A program made the translations under genes and the position numbers. Positions 44,492-58,148 of a stretch of 64,000 nucleotides of DNA are shown in pieces. Position 1 is the first letter of the stretch, and each line of letters opens with the position of its first letter. The notes under the pieces were generated by a model, which worked only from the letters and a program-made list of their open reading frames with translations, did not search any database and had not been told where the DNA came from. Source of the stretch: Saccostrea echinata (Eukaryota); the NCBI RefSeq assembly GCF_033153115.1, contig NW_026889789.1:2728001-2792000 (forward strand), in the 5' to 3' direction.

Positions 44492-45362
44492 TTTACCGTA
44501 GATAGAAATTATGCACGTTTCGTTTATGACTTTGTTGGTTTTCAGTTCAAATGGTTATTACGCTGAACATTCATACGAATTTAATGCAAACGTTTTAAAA
44601 TATATGTAAAAAGGGGTTTCTTCAAAATGAATTAATATTTTGAATTAATTTGAAAACTAAAGTTAAACAGTTTGGAGGTTTATTTTATTGGACATTGAGT
44701 CCATTACTACATGTGGAAACAAATGCATGCAACAAAAATCCCTTAGACTTCATAGATCTAGACAAGATCTCCTTAAGAACAAACACATGAACAAGCGTTT
44801 ACAGGTGATGAAATAAAGATTTTGTTTCATTGTTCAAAAAATTGATCACATAACAATTTTGCAGCATTTGCTTTATCCGATATACATACTTAACCCGGGA
44901 TCAGAAAAAAGAAACTAATTGTATTTCTATTTTTGCATAAATCCTGATGTAAAAATTTACACCTTCCTCGTTTAAATTATTAAGACTGAACAAAAGGTGA
45001 AACTCATCTGATTCACCCTTTTCCCCAAAATTACAAAAATTACAAATTCTTTCACTTTTTATAGAGATGCCTCTTTCGAGATAGGAACTCTCCTGTTTAA
45101 GAGGTGGAAATAGTTGACGTGGAGTTGAATTTACATCGTCAAGGTAAACAAACAGCGATTTGTATTAGTGTATACCTATAATACTAAATTTGATTAATTT
45201 AAACTTGCTTTGTGGAGCATTAAGTCTTTTTATATTTTAATGTGATCCTATGGTTTGCAGCAAATTAATTCTCATTATACGCAAGATAATTGCAAAATCA
45301 ATGTATCCTTGAACGATTTTGCAGCATATTCTTACATACAGGGCACGTGACAATGAACTTAA

Positions 45363-46488
45363 GGTGATATGGGATACCAAACGAAACTTCTCCTACATAT
45401 TTATGTACCCAAATTAGAAGGATTTGAAATACCCCCACCTTTCAGTATATTAAAGTGTAATTTTAATAATTTTTTAATTATTTTAATGAGAAATACAAAA
45501 ACGACTTTTTTTCTTGCATAAATCTTTTTTCATAAGCTTAATATTATAGGCAGGCGTTTGCTAATATAAAGTGTTTATAAAAACAAAAATGACAAGAAAT
45601 ATGTCTTAGTATTTTTTTTAATTTTCAACAAAAAATAAGCGTAAAAAACTGGGAAAACTTTATTTCTTGAAAACAGATGGATAAAATTTCATGAAAGTCT
45701 ACAATAAGAATGTATCTTGATATGTTAGCAAAGTGAAATAAACAAATTGAAAATATATATATAAATGGAAAATATAAAATGCATTTAAAATTTTTTGAAT
45801 TAAAAGATCCGAGCGGAAGAGTTATCCTTCTTTATTTTCCAAGGGTTGAAAAAACCTGGGTGCTATTTTAGAAATGATGAGCATTTTTTCCCAACCATAA
45901 AAAAATCGCACTTTGTAGTTTTCAACTTTGAGCGGTTTTGAAAACAATGCATGGACAATCGCTTTCCAGGACGTGTCTTGTTCAGAGCAATTGCATTCAT
46001 CTGAACGTTTTGGGACTATATACAACAACTAGCTGATTTGTGACCAAACAGTTACTTCTTGAATTAAATAACAAAAAAGTCCAGCTCTGGTTAACGTGAT
46101 AATTGATTGGTGATAATTCAGCACAATGTGAAGTAATCGCACTTATCCATGCCTCACCGCACACAAGGTGCTGTACAGTTACTCAAACAATTGAAATACA
46201 GCTTTTGCTTAGAAGTGTTCAAAACGTTGAAATGTTGAAACTACCTTTTACAGGGGTTTGCTTTTTTAAATGTCCGTTGTACAATTATAAGTAAATTTAT
46301 ATACTTGCGATTTTTTTGTCTGTTTTTACTTAAAATGCCGACTTGTGAGAACTTGCATTGAAATAGGCTTCAGAGTGTTCTTTTCAACGGTGTATCTACA
46401 AATTTTGACCCGATAATAAGCACTCATGCAAATCAAAACAATACTTCAAACGGAAATACGTCAGAACGTGGAGGTATCCCATACTACC
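45363..46488. mobile_element. Kolobok-like non-autonomous element
   Basis: TTAA-GGTGATATGGGATACC ... GGTATCCCATACTACC-TTAA. Confidence 0.8.
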
Positions 46489-48119
46489 TTAATCTCATTA
46501 ATGAAAAACAGTACAGAAAAGATAAAATATGTACAAAGTTTAAGAACAGAAATATCACATGTTAACATGCCTGAAGAAGGGATATCAGAGTGTTATTAAG
46601 TACATGTATTAACCAAGCGAGCCAACTCTCTGAATTATAATATCATGCGCGGATCGGGGGGGGGGGGGATCCGGACCCCCTGGAATTTGCAGAGTTATTA
46701 AATGTATATACTGAAGCCCCCCACTCCCTTGGAAAAAAAGTCCTGGAACACCGTCTGTGTATAATTTATTATAGTATCCAAAGGTTTAGTAAACACATTT
46801 TGCTAAGTTCACTTGATTAATATTTGTTACGTTATAAAGCATTTCAAATTTCAAAACACATGGATTAGATTGAAAATAATTTGGTAAATACATATTGTAA
46901 CACAAGAGTTCTTTATAGATACATCGGTACATTTAAATAAGTGATGAAATTCATCGCAAATTTCATTGAAGTTACATAATTTACAAATGTGTATTCTCTC
47001 TAGGGATGTTACATGTAAACCATATCCGAGTCTCGTGCTACCCAGTCAGTGTTGGCTCTATGACGCGACCTCTATGTATCGGATGTAGTCATTTATTCAT
47101 AAGAATGTTAAAAGAAAATGCGACAAATTAGTCTAGGATTCGAAACCGCTCCCCCCCCCCCACCCCCCACCACCACCACCGCCCCCAATTCCATTTTGAC
47201 TTACCTTTCCATACTGATCCCCTAAATCCTAGACACTCTGGAAATACATGTATATCTCCTCCCAACCATGTGTAATTACATGTAAATGCAAAAGGTGCAG
47301 ATCTATGTAACAAATAGCGATCAATTAAATAATGCATAAGAGAATGATCTTACAAAACAAGCGTTTCGTAAAAGGTTGGTTGGTAAAGAACCACCGTTCC
47401 AGCTCTAATATTCCCTCTATCATTGTATTGGTTTAAAGGGAATACGAATAAATAGACTGGGGTTATTAGGTAAACATTGTGGAAACCCCCTGAATTTCAC
47501 AATTTAAATTATAGGCAATCGTAACTAATCGGCCATTTCCGTGAACGATAAATAACGGTTTAAATAGATTGACTCACTTCCTTTTAAACATAGGAATGCA
47601 TTAAGGCGGATGTACTGCAATGTTATGAGAAATCTGAGTGGTTAAAAGGGGGAGGAGGGGCAACCAACTGGTCTTCATCTAAACCACGTTTATCTTAAAA
47701 GTAAATACCGGTATGACTCACTTAAAACAAGGGAGGGTGGAACTATGAGTGGGCTTCTAAATAGATCTTTTTTCAGACTTGTACATATTAATACTACACG
47801 AGAAAAACTATAAACTTAAAGAATATTTTATTGAAAATTGGGGTCTTAATTAATTTTGTTATCAGCTTGAGTGTAAAATGGATGGAACCTGGTTTTCACT
47901 GAGAATATCACATGAAGGTATGATGCTTTAGGTTTAATTTTTGTCTCCACCCTTTCATTAATTGAATGGCATGACTGTTAATAACCAGACAGGATATTTG
48001 TCCTTTGATCCAAATGAATATACATGTACGATTTGATTAACTAGACCGAATAATAACAAGATAAAGTATAGTCAGAAGTAAAAGAAATTCAGAGGAGAGT
48101 TGGTGTAAGACTGTTATTT

Positions 48120-49193
48120 AGGAATGACTCTAATTCTTGGCCAAATTATTCGAGTATAACCTGGTTTGGGTAAGTTTACGCTTAAGTTTATAATCCGCGA
48201 AGCGGATTATAAAACAGCGTAAACTGACCCAAACCAGGTCATACTCGAATAATTTGGCAAAGAATTAGAGTCATTCCTTATAATTTAATTTTAAAATCAT
48301 TAAACAACTATGGGTGTAAAATTTCGTTGCTTTTTATTAGTTCAAATTTGCCGCTCCATAATACAACCGTAGTAACGGAAGTAACGGAAGAGATTGGAAG
48401 CGAAGGGAGGTAAAAACTGATACATAGGCCTAGCAGCCTTGTTGTTTGTTTACATGTAGTAAGATCGAATTATTGTTTGAAGTTAAAGGTACATTTATTA
48501 AATCTGGCATTTTCCATGAATCCCGAGGACTGGAAATGAGAGGATTGTATGGATACAGATGATTCAGCTGGTTGTCAGGTGGGGAGGTGTCCCCATACCA
48601 AACCAGGTTATACAGAAGTAATTTGTGTTCCTTTTTGGATATTAAGCAATCAGAGGCTAGAATACAAACAAAATTAAATTTTATTACTATATAGAACCTA
48701 CTTTTAGGTGAATAAGGGATTAGTAGTGGTGATACAGGTATGTTTAGTCATTTTTCTTTTTTTCTTTTTCTTGACTGAAGCTAGGGTGGGGTCACAATGA
48801 GCGATCAAAGTTGTGCAAAGAAATATATAGGAAAATAATTTAATTTTGTTTGTTCTTACCACATGTAAACAAACAACAAGGCTGCTAGGCCTATGTATCA
48901 GTTTTTACCTCCCTTCGCTTCCCATCACTTCCGTTACTTCCGTTATTACGGTTGTATTATTGAGCGGCAAATTTGAACTAATAAAAAGCAACGAAATGTT
49001 ACACCCATAGTTATTTAATGATTTTAAAATTAAATTATAAGGAATGACTCCAATTCTTGGCCAAATTATTCTAGTATAACCTGGTTTGGGTCAGTTTATG
49101 CTTTTTTATAATCCGCTTCGCGGATTATAAAGCGTAAACTTACCCAAACCAGGTTATACTCGAATAATTTGGCCAAGAATTAGAGTCATTCCT
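48120..49193. repeat. Large inverted repeat (~340-bp arms), each arm ending in a ~155-bp palindrome
   Basis: 48120-48464 is the reverse complement of 48854-49193. Palindromes at 48120-48278 (centre GCGAAGC) and 49040-49193 (centre GCTTCGC). Confidence 0.9.
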
Positions 49194-50969
49194 TAAATAT
49201 CTTCAGCAGGCATAATTATGAAAATTTCCTAAGATGTGTCTTAAGACGTGTTGTAGGATATATTACTTAGGACATATCTTAGGAATATCCTAAGATATGT
49301 CTTAGGGTGTAAAACGAAAGTATCTTAGAGATATCTTAAATTAAGATGTCGTAAATTTCATTTTAAGCAGTTTTCGTTCTTTCTTTTTTTGGTAAAACAA
49401 ATATATGTATTACATTGTTCCGATGTCCATATGCCATTATTATGCATGCGCAGATGTAAGGAGTGGATAGGGGGGTCACTGGGTTCGGTCCCCTGGGATT
49501 TTTGGAGTTATTATAAAGACTAGTATTAACATGATTAAGTATATAGTAAATTAACCCCCTAGACAACATGGACCCCTGGTAAAATGGCTAGGAAAGTCAT
49601 ATTCAGGAACGTATTCTGTTTATTTGTTAAGACAAGCGACTTAACCCCCTCCTCCCCCCCCCCCCCCCACACACACACACAAGAAAAGGTTTATCAGGTT
49701 TGGAGAAGTTGGTGGGTTTTGTTTTCCTTGACTGTCAAAAAATATCCGAGTTAAAAATTTTTTTGAGTGGGGGACCCCCCCCCCCCCCTCCGAGATCGGA
49801 AAACGGAAGAAATGCTTGCATCCGCATATGATATGTATTAGTAAATTTAATCTGTAAATGGGCTTTTTCATCGATTTCTATTACGAATTTAGTCCATTCT
49901 TATCCCGATTTCATATATTAAGTTGTAATATATATAACAGAGATACTTGTCTACAATCTCTCTAGTAAGAAATAAACAAATTAAAAAAACACGAAACTTT
50001 ATACATTGTTATATTCATAGATATTTGTATCACTGGATAAGTAAATTAGGAGAAAAAAAAGTTTTGAAGGGGGAATACCAGATTGCAACACCACTATGGG
50101 AAGCATTACCCTAAAACATTAAACTTATCATACACTATCATGACTATAGAGACCGATGGAAATTAAGAATAAAATATATTTTCTAACCATAATTTCTTGT
50201 CGTTGTTTGTCCCTGTATAATCAACATAGATCTCTCTCTCTCTCTCCTCTCTCTCTCTTAAATAATTTTAAAAAAATATATATAACTAAAATAGTTGTCA
50301 AAATGGTAATTTTTACACATGTATACATAATGTTTATATGCATTACAAAAGAGTTTGAATAAAATACTTGAGAACGTTTTAACCTGCGACATGATTACTA
50401 CATCAATTAATGAATGAATTTTCATTTATTACTTTCTCTGTATTCCTTTATTCAGGTACATACTTAAATATACAGATATACAGCACTGTGACACGGCACA
50501 ATGTTAAGTAAACTATATTGATTTGATTCATAAAAGAAATTAATATTTTACAAAAATTGGATTAAATTACATAAACAATGTACATTCAATAATTACTAGT
50601 TGTTTTCCTGGCACCAGCGCTTCGTTGATCACCTAAGATATGTCTTGGGATAACCTCGTCTCCGTCTTAAATTTATAGTAGGACAGAGATTAGAAAAACC
50701 GATATGTCGAAAGTTCGTCTGAAGAGATGTCTTAGTCCTAAGATGGTTTCATAAGCATGCCTGCAGGTCCGTAGAAAGCGGGGGGGGGGGGGGCTTTTTT
50801 TAGCATACGTATTAGTTTGCTATAGTAAATTTTCTTTTAGATGCTGGTTCCCCCCCCCCCCCCCAACTTTTTGTTGTTTTAAGGTCGAGCATTGGAAAAC
50901 TCCAGGATTTGGACATTATTATTATTTTTTTTTTTTTTTTAGGTTTTTCCACCTTTCTGTGGAAAGGGC

Positions 50970-53843
50970 TAGGGTGGGGTCACTATGGGAAACAAAGGTT
51001 AACATAGAAATATATAGGAAAGTTCTTTAAAAAATCTTCACATGAACAGCAAAGTCATGATTGGTCATATTTCTGTGGAAGTGTCCATAGAAAGTGTAAA
51101 TTCAAGATTGTTCAAATCATGACCCCAAAGGTTGGGACGGACCACAATGGGCGATCAAATATTTACGCAGGTACACATATGTAGAATCTTTAAAAATCTA
51201 ATCAAGAACAGTAAAGCAATGATTAGACATACTTATATGGAAGCATTCTCGGTGTTGTTTACATTCAAGATTGTTCAAATCATAACCCCCAAGGGAGGGG
51301 CCAAAATTGGTGATCAAAGTTTTTACATGAGAATACAAAGGATAAATCGTTAAAAATCTTCTTCCCAAGAATAGCAAATCCATGATTAGTCATATTAATT
51401 CAAAAGCATCCTCAGGTAAGGTATCTTCAGATTTGCTCAAATCATGTTCCTTGGGGGTAGGACAAGGTCACAATATAAGATCAAACATGCAGAGAAAAGG
51501 CTTATAAAGCCATGATTAGTCAATGAAATATTTGAGCATCCTCAGGTAGTGTAGGTTCATGTGTGAATAAATCATAACCCCCCTTTCTCGCAAGGGGGGG
51601 GGGGGGTACTTGCAATCACTTATATAATCTTTTCAATGCCAAACTGATTTCTAATTTTTCTACCCAACGTGCTCAGGTGAGCGATGTTGCCCATGGGCCT
51701 CTTATTTGTAAGATGCATAACTCTTACTTCAATACATTCACCCGCTTCACTGCTCTTTAATGAGGATTACTCAGTGAGTGTGATATTGCACGAAGGCTAG
51801 TATTACAGAGTATATAGATTTGCTACAGTAGTAAAAATGATAACGTATGGAAACCCTGTAACGATACGACGTTTTAAAGGAATCGACAAAAAAAAAAAAA
51901 AAAAAATACAAGTATATATAAATTCATTACAAACATTGCTCTTCGACTCCACGTAGAAAATAATTCTCAAAGAGATTAGACTAGTAACCTTCACTGTGCG
52001 CGATATACAAATTTAAAGCGCTTCGCCCATTGGCTGGTAAAAACTCTCACTGACGTAGCATTTAAATATCTCGGGGAAACCAAAACAGATTACAGAGTGC
52101 GGAACTGCAATATCGGTACCTTGTTTTCTCTTTCTAACTAAAATTTCATTGGCAAAAATTAACTGTAAAAGATGTTTTTAAGCCTTTACAAGGAAAAAGT
52201 ATATATTAAAAGTGCTTTAGATACTGATACTCTCGTTGTTTGCTGTACGGGAAAAGTTTAATTTACGAGATGCTGCCTTAAATACATAATTTAAAAAGAT
52301 TGTTATTTCACAGATAAATGCAATCATCGAGAAATACTCCACAAAACTAGGTGACATGGCTGTGACAATATAGATGGAAAATTGATAATTCAAATACCGA
52401 TAGGTTGCAGTCTTCAGCTATCAAAAACCTGAAGAAAATACATTGAAAATATGCTTTCTTATAATAGAGACAGACATAATTTAGTCTATAAAGAGATTTT
52501 GATGTGCATGGAAAAAAAATTAAAAAAAAGAAATAAATAAATAAAAGCTGGCTAACAAACATGTACATGTAAACAGCGATGAAGATAAATGATTGAGCCG
52601 TGTGTTCGTGATTTATCACTAAGACGTCTGCGAATTAAAACATAACAAAAAAAACATAGGTTGGTATTTTTGTCACTCATACGTTAATTATCTACAACAG
52701 ATCCCGAATTCTCATTGGCTGTCTAAATAAAAAGTAGATCAAAGGTCAAGGCGGATATAATTCAAATTGTTTAAAAGACATTGACGAAGAATAAGCGATA
52801 TATGGACTTTCATCATATTTTAGGATCAATATTCCTTTCATTCTTACATATTTTTTTAGTTAGGTAAGAAATGTTTTTTTTTTAAATTCATTTGATGATA
52901 ATTTGATCATCCTCAAGTAGTGGAGATTTAAATTTGTTCAAATATCATGGTCTCAGAGGCAGGGTCACAATTGGGTGTCAGAGTTTGACGTGTGGATATA
53001 TAGCTAAGGATTAAACAAAAAAAGTATCCTTCTCAAGAACAGCAAAGTCATGTAGTGAATATTTAATTGCAAGTTTGTTCAAACCATGATCTCTGGAGGC
53101 AAGTAGTCTACAGCCACATAAAGGGATTAAAGTTTTACATACATGTGTACATGAGCATATATTGAAGAACTGCAGGGTCAAGTTTAATGATATGGTAGAG
53201 TAGATTCAAATTTGTTCTATTCATGACCCCCCCCCCCCCCCTCCGCTGGTAATATGATGGGAATCTAATAACAGATCGAAGTTGTTTTAAATCATACAGA
53301 AGAAAAATTAATAAGTAAGTGTTCACAGGTAATGGAAAATCGTGGCCTTAGGCATAAAGGCGGGGCCACAAATGGGTATATAAAGTTCAACGCGTGAATA
53401 TATAGATTTAAAAAAAAGATCACATTCTCAAGAACAGCAAAGGCATTGTTACATGTAGATATATATTATTGTGCAGACATTTAACTGATAGTGCATATTA
53501 TTCAAGTTTGGTCAAGTCATTACCCCAGGGTGTTGTGTAGGATGGGGCACAATATGGGGAAATCTTTTAATGCAATTATTATGTATAGAAAAAAAATTTT
53601 CTTAAGAACAGAAGAGCTTAGGTGTGATAAACATTATGGCCCATGGGATTCATAAACAGATTCAAGTTTGTTTAAGTCATGACCCCATGCATGTTGTGTA
53701 GGATGGGGCACCATATTGGGATATGTTTTTTTTTATTGCAATGTAGCAAAAAAAAAAAAAAAAAAAAAAAAAATCTCAAGAAGAGCAGAGCTTATGTGTC
53801 TCAGATCAACATACTGTATATTGAGTCCATGGGCCTCTAGTTA
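50970..53843 (+). repeat. Two degenerate Helentron/166-bp satellite remnants (~50970-51706 and ~52905-53843)
   Basis: Diverged TGTTCAAATCATGACCCC and TTCTCAAGAAC units. 3' ends CTCAGGTGAGCGATGTTGCCCATGGGCCTCTT and CCATGGGCCTCTAGTT match the element at 58104. Confidence 0.65.
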
Positions 53844-54409
53844 ACTGTCCCAATTGTAATGATCCTTTGATTTTTTTTCAGGCCAGAGCATAAGAATTTT
53901 AACTAACAACATTTTCTGAAATCAGGAGGCAATTTCTATGCAGGGGAGAGGTAAATACACCAGTTTAACATCCTTCCTGTTACATTATTTTCCGCTTTCA
54001 GCGAAAAAAAAATTAACGTAATTATTTCATAAAGCGCTATACATAAAATATGCAGGTGTGAAGCGTTGTTGATTACCTACCTCATAAATTATGAAAAAAG
54101 GTCATTTCTTACAATTCCCTAAGCTACAAAAAATGTCAAACAACTATCCTCAGATTTCACTATACATTTGACGTCTAGAACAGTATTATGACTTAACAAA
54201 GAAAAAATTCATGCTAAATCATTAGAGTTTATGAGAAATGAACTATTTTATTATATTTCTATTTGTAAAAATTCAATAGAGAAAAATGTTAAATTATAAC
54301 CACTATAAATATTAATTTCTTTAGGATATAAGTATATGTTACATCCTTTTACCTGGAAAAAAGTTCCTCAAAATAAGATTTGCATTTGAGTAAGTAACCT
54401 TTTATATTG

Positions 54410-54410
<1 letters not shown>

Positions 54411-54493
<83 letters not shown>
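54411..54493. repeat. (TA)n microsatellite
   Basis: Directly visible. Confidence 0.95.
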
Positions 54494-54495
<2 letters not shown>

Positions 54496-54701
54496 AATTG
54501 ACTATATAAAAACATGTAATCAGACTAAAACTGAAATGCACTTTAAAATTTGAACACATTTAAAAGCAAAACAATCCTTCTAAGCTGAAGGGTTAAAGAA
54601 AGGATGTATTAGTCTAGAATAGCTTAACGATCAAGTATCCTCCCAAGAATTTGTTTTAATGCATTATATATACATGTATGTACAAACTTTAATATTACTT
54701 A

Positions 54702-54791
54702 TTTCAGCTGGCCACCCTTCTGACGAGGACAGGCGAAAGTGTCCGAAACACAGGCATCAGTATCTGTGTAAAGGGTTCACTGTAGCTGAGA
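54702..54791 (+). ncRNA. Type I hammerhead ribozyme
   Basis: Stem I ACCCUU(54714-19)/AAGGGU(54771-76); core CUGACGA(54720-26); stem II GGACA/UGUCC; GAAA(54745-48); stem III CACAG/CUGUG; cleavage triplet GUA(54768-70); 9-bp distal stem I extension (54702-10/54783-91). Confidence 0.88.
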
Positions 54792-56201
54792 ACGAACCAA
54801 GATGGATTTCATCTTTATCATGTTAACGTTGAAGATTATATTACTGAGCTGTCCTGAAAACATTTCATGTTTACAATTTCGGAGGGCAGCTGTAATCAGC
54901 TTTTTTAATACTGTCATTTACATTGTCATTTATAATTTATTAATTAAGTTACCCTAGTATCATTAAAACACAAATTACTCTCTACTTTAATAATCTGATA
55001 ATGATTTATTAGATAATGTGTTACTTTGAGAACGTCAGGAATGTTAAAGATATTAAAAATAGTAACGGAGTGACGTTTTATTTCAGATACGGGCATGCAA
55101 TCATTCCCTTGAAAGTGTCAAAGAGGGCCTTGGTTGTCCAAGAAACAAATCTGAATGGGAAAAACGAGCACAAGAGATGCAGTGTGAAACGTATTCTCAG
55201 AACTGCACAGATAAGTCGTCTTTCGTGTACCATTGCCTTATCAATCCGTGGTCTAATGGCACAATAGAAGTATGCGCACCAAGGATAAAAATTTTTGGTA
55301 AATTTCTATATTTCCTTATCAGTGAATCATGATTTTTTAACACTTTTCAATTGCAATATACTCGTTATTTCAAGTCGGTAATACTTTTTTTGAAATACTG
55401 TACAGTCACAATGTATATTATGTGTCAGTGTGGTATGAAAACTGCTGCTTTATTTATACATGTGCAAGTATCGAATATTAGGCTACATGTTTATCAGATG
55501 TAATAAGATCAAGTTTATAAGGAATTTATCAGTTGACTACCATAAACGAATTGATGTAATTGTTACGTTTTGCCCCATTTAAGACCCTATTCAGCGTTGT
55601 AAATGTAAGTCCTGTGTTGTAAATTATCTAAATATTTAAACCTTTTCTTTTAAAACTCGATCGTAAGATTGAATTCTAACAAAATTGATGGAACAATAAC
55701 TTTGCTTTTGTAGCCATTGCACAGGGCAGCTCAATATAAGCGTGTTTTCAAATATCTTAAAATTCTCAATTATAACGAAAAGATCTTAAAAATGGTGTTT
55801 CACTAAAAAAAAATCATGTGTAAGTTTAATGCAAAGTCTCTGATGACTTCGTACGACATTTGAAGATTTATGATAACAGCAATTGGGTTAATGACTTTAG
55901 AAATGTAAATTTCAATTTACTAGTATATTCAAATTGGTAGGAAGAATATTATAATATCTTTGTGTTTGCTGTTATTTCAATCTTAAACAGTTTATTTGTT
56001 TTAATTAAAAAAAAAATAGCAGAGACCTTACAAGCTCCGAGTAAACTTCTAATTATCATTATGTTCATTGCAGGTAAAAAATGCACTGAATTCAACATCG
56101 GTGGCGCACGTGTACAAACACACTATAAAAAAACGTGTCAATCATGCCCACGCAGGTATTATTCTTCAGAGAGCTACAAATGTAAGTATACAGTTAAAGT
56201 A

Positions 56202-56304
56202 TAATTATCATTGAGGGAGTTAGCAAGTTTCCAGTTCCCCAAGGCCAGGACTATTTCCCGAGGCGAAGGGAACTGGAATCTTGCTAACTCCCTTAATGAT
56301 ATTC
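56202..56304. repeat. Long palindrome (hairpin)
   Basis: ATCATTGAGGGAGTTAGCAAGTTTCCAGTTCCC ... GGGAACTGGAATCTTGCTAACTCCCTTAATGAT. Confidence 0.75.
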
Positions 56305-56927
56305 TTTTAACTGTTTTATTAATCGATACAAACGTAAAATTTAGAGGATTCAGATAGCCTGATTTCAATGCAGGGATTACATGTAGCTCACTGAACTAAC
56401 ACATGGGGATTAGTCCATTCACATATCATACCAATGTAAAAGCAAACTCTAGAGGATTGCGGAAAAACTGGGAATAAGCTTTCAAAGCAGGGATTAGCTC
56501 ACTTGACTAACGCACGGGGATTAATCCATTTCATAACGATTTCTAGGGAATTAGTCATATCTAACGATCTAATGTTATGTTATATAGGGATAAAATCAGT
56601 AGAAGTATAATAATTTTGATTGAGCAATTATAAAATGCTTTCTTGGATTGTTAGTTTGGGAATTAATGATTACAGCTGTTGAAGAAAAAATACCCAACCA
56701 GGTAACGCGGGTTATGCTTTTTTTGGTAACAGTTTCAGCCGTTTATATACGTTTAAACAGTTATCTCTCATTTGGCTCAATTAATTTTTGTGTGAAGAGG
56801 ATTTAAGAAAAGAGATGAATTGAATTAGAATCTTCATGGGTTTCCTGTTCAAATATATGGAATTTTACAACTGCCCTCTGAACAGACCATACTATTTCAA
56901 GGGTTCCTAAGTTATTTAGGTTCGACC

Positions 56928-57250
56928 AATTTTCTTTAGGGAAGTTGACAGGCTTTCGCCTACATCCACTTCTCTTTGCAAGTCTTCACAGAATTTGTGA
57001 ACTTGTGAAAGTGAATGAACAATATGTAAAGGTTGGTTTTCTTGTGACAGCTGTGTGTATTTATGTTAAAATGCGCATGGTTAATATAACACGTCTGTTA
57101 CCTACATTCAGGTATATTTTAAACGAAATGTCGGTTGAAGTGTAGGCCGTCATCGGTTCGAATTTCACAGGTTTTCCAGGATCAAAGCATGGAGGCTTGC
57201 GAAGAGAAGTGGATGTAGGCGAACCTGTCCACTTCTCTAAAGAAAATAGG
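56928..57250. mobile_element. MITE-like element with ~60-bp inverted arms
   Basis: TTCTTTAGGGAAGTTGACAGG..TTCGCCTACATCCACTTCTCTT / AAGAGAAGTGGATGTAGGCGAACCTGTCCACTTCTCTAAAGAA. Confidence 0.65.
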
Positions 57251-58103
57251 TTCGGCCCTCAATGAACATGAATATGTACCCAGTGCGAGCTTCATATTTA
57301 AGCATCTTTAGCGCAGAAAACATTGCGCTAATTCTTGATTAGAGTTAAAATAGAATACATTAACCAAGCTTTAAACAATGATCGATCTCACCCGCCATAT
57401 TGAACAGGGATCCCGATTCTTTTGTGCAATTCAGTAATCTAATTAAAATTAGACGTCGCTTCTCAAACAATACAGGGTCATGGCAGCGCGACCTTTCAAT
57501 AATGAATAAAAAATTTGGCCAGTCAGATTCAAGCTTCTGTGTACAATTCTAGTTCCAATTCCACGGCTACATCTTTATATTTCTAATGCTCAGAAGTCTG
57601 TCTAACGTTAATTGTGGTATAAACTAATTTAAAATGACCAGTCCAACATTTTATTCTGATGAAGAAAAACGAAAAAGAACAAACTATACACCTTGTTTTG
57701 TTTAATACGAAATTCCGTCCTCGGGATTTTAGTTTTGACTGCGAAAACGAAACATATCCAAACTGTATTAGCAAAAATTTCGGCAATTTTATTGGCTAAA
57801 TGTCTGAAAAGGCCCAATATTGGATGTTGTATGATGATTGAGAAACTGTTGCAGATTCGAAACATCTAATTTTAATGAGATTGAATTCAAATGCATCACT
57901 TATTTTAATGTTTGATATTTGGAATGCAGTCTGTAATGGGTGGGGGGGGGGGGGTGGGGGGGGGGGACTCGCGGTGTGGATATTTGCCATATTCACGGTT
58001 TTATTAATTCCGTGAATTCCAGAAACCACTTACTTTTAAGTAATATCAATTTTTGTGATTATGAATAAATTTTTACTTTTTTCGGTGAGAATCGATACAG
58101 TTT

Positions 58104-58113
58104 TTAGCTCACT

Positions 58114-58148
<35 letters not shown>

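Noticed and set aside
49209-50760. Possible TIR element bounded by CCTAAGAT-rich arrays
   Set aside because: The terminal match is too degenerate to define ends or a TSD with confidence.
52020-52120. Promoter-like cluster (ATTGG, TGACGT, TTTAAATA, GGGGAAACC)
   Set aside because: Short motifs are expected by chance and no downstream gene was identified.
22000-57670. Other CTGATGA/CTGAAGA occurrences as hammerheads (e.g. ~22002, 24252, 26998, 55840, 57656)
   Set aside because: They lack the stem II-GAAA-stem III arrangement.
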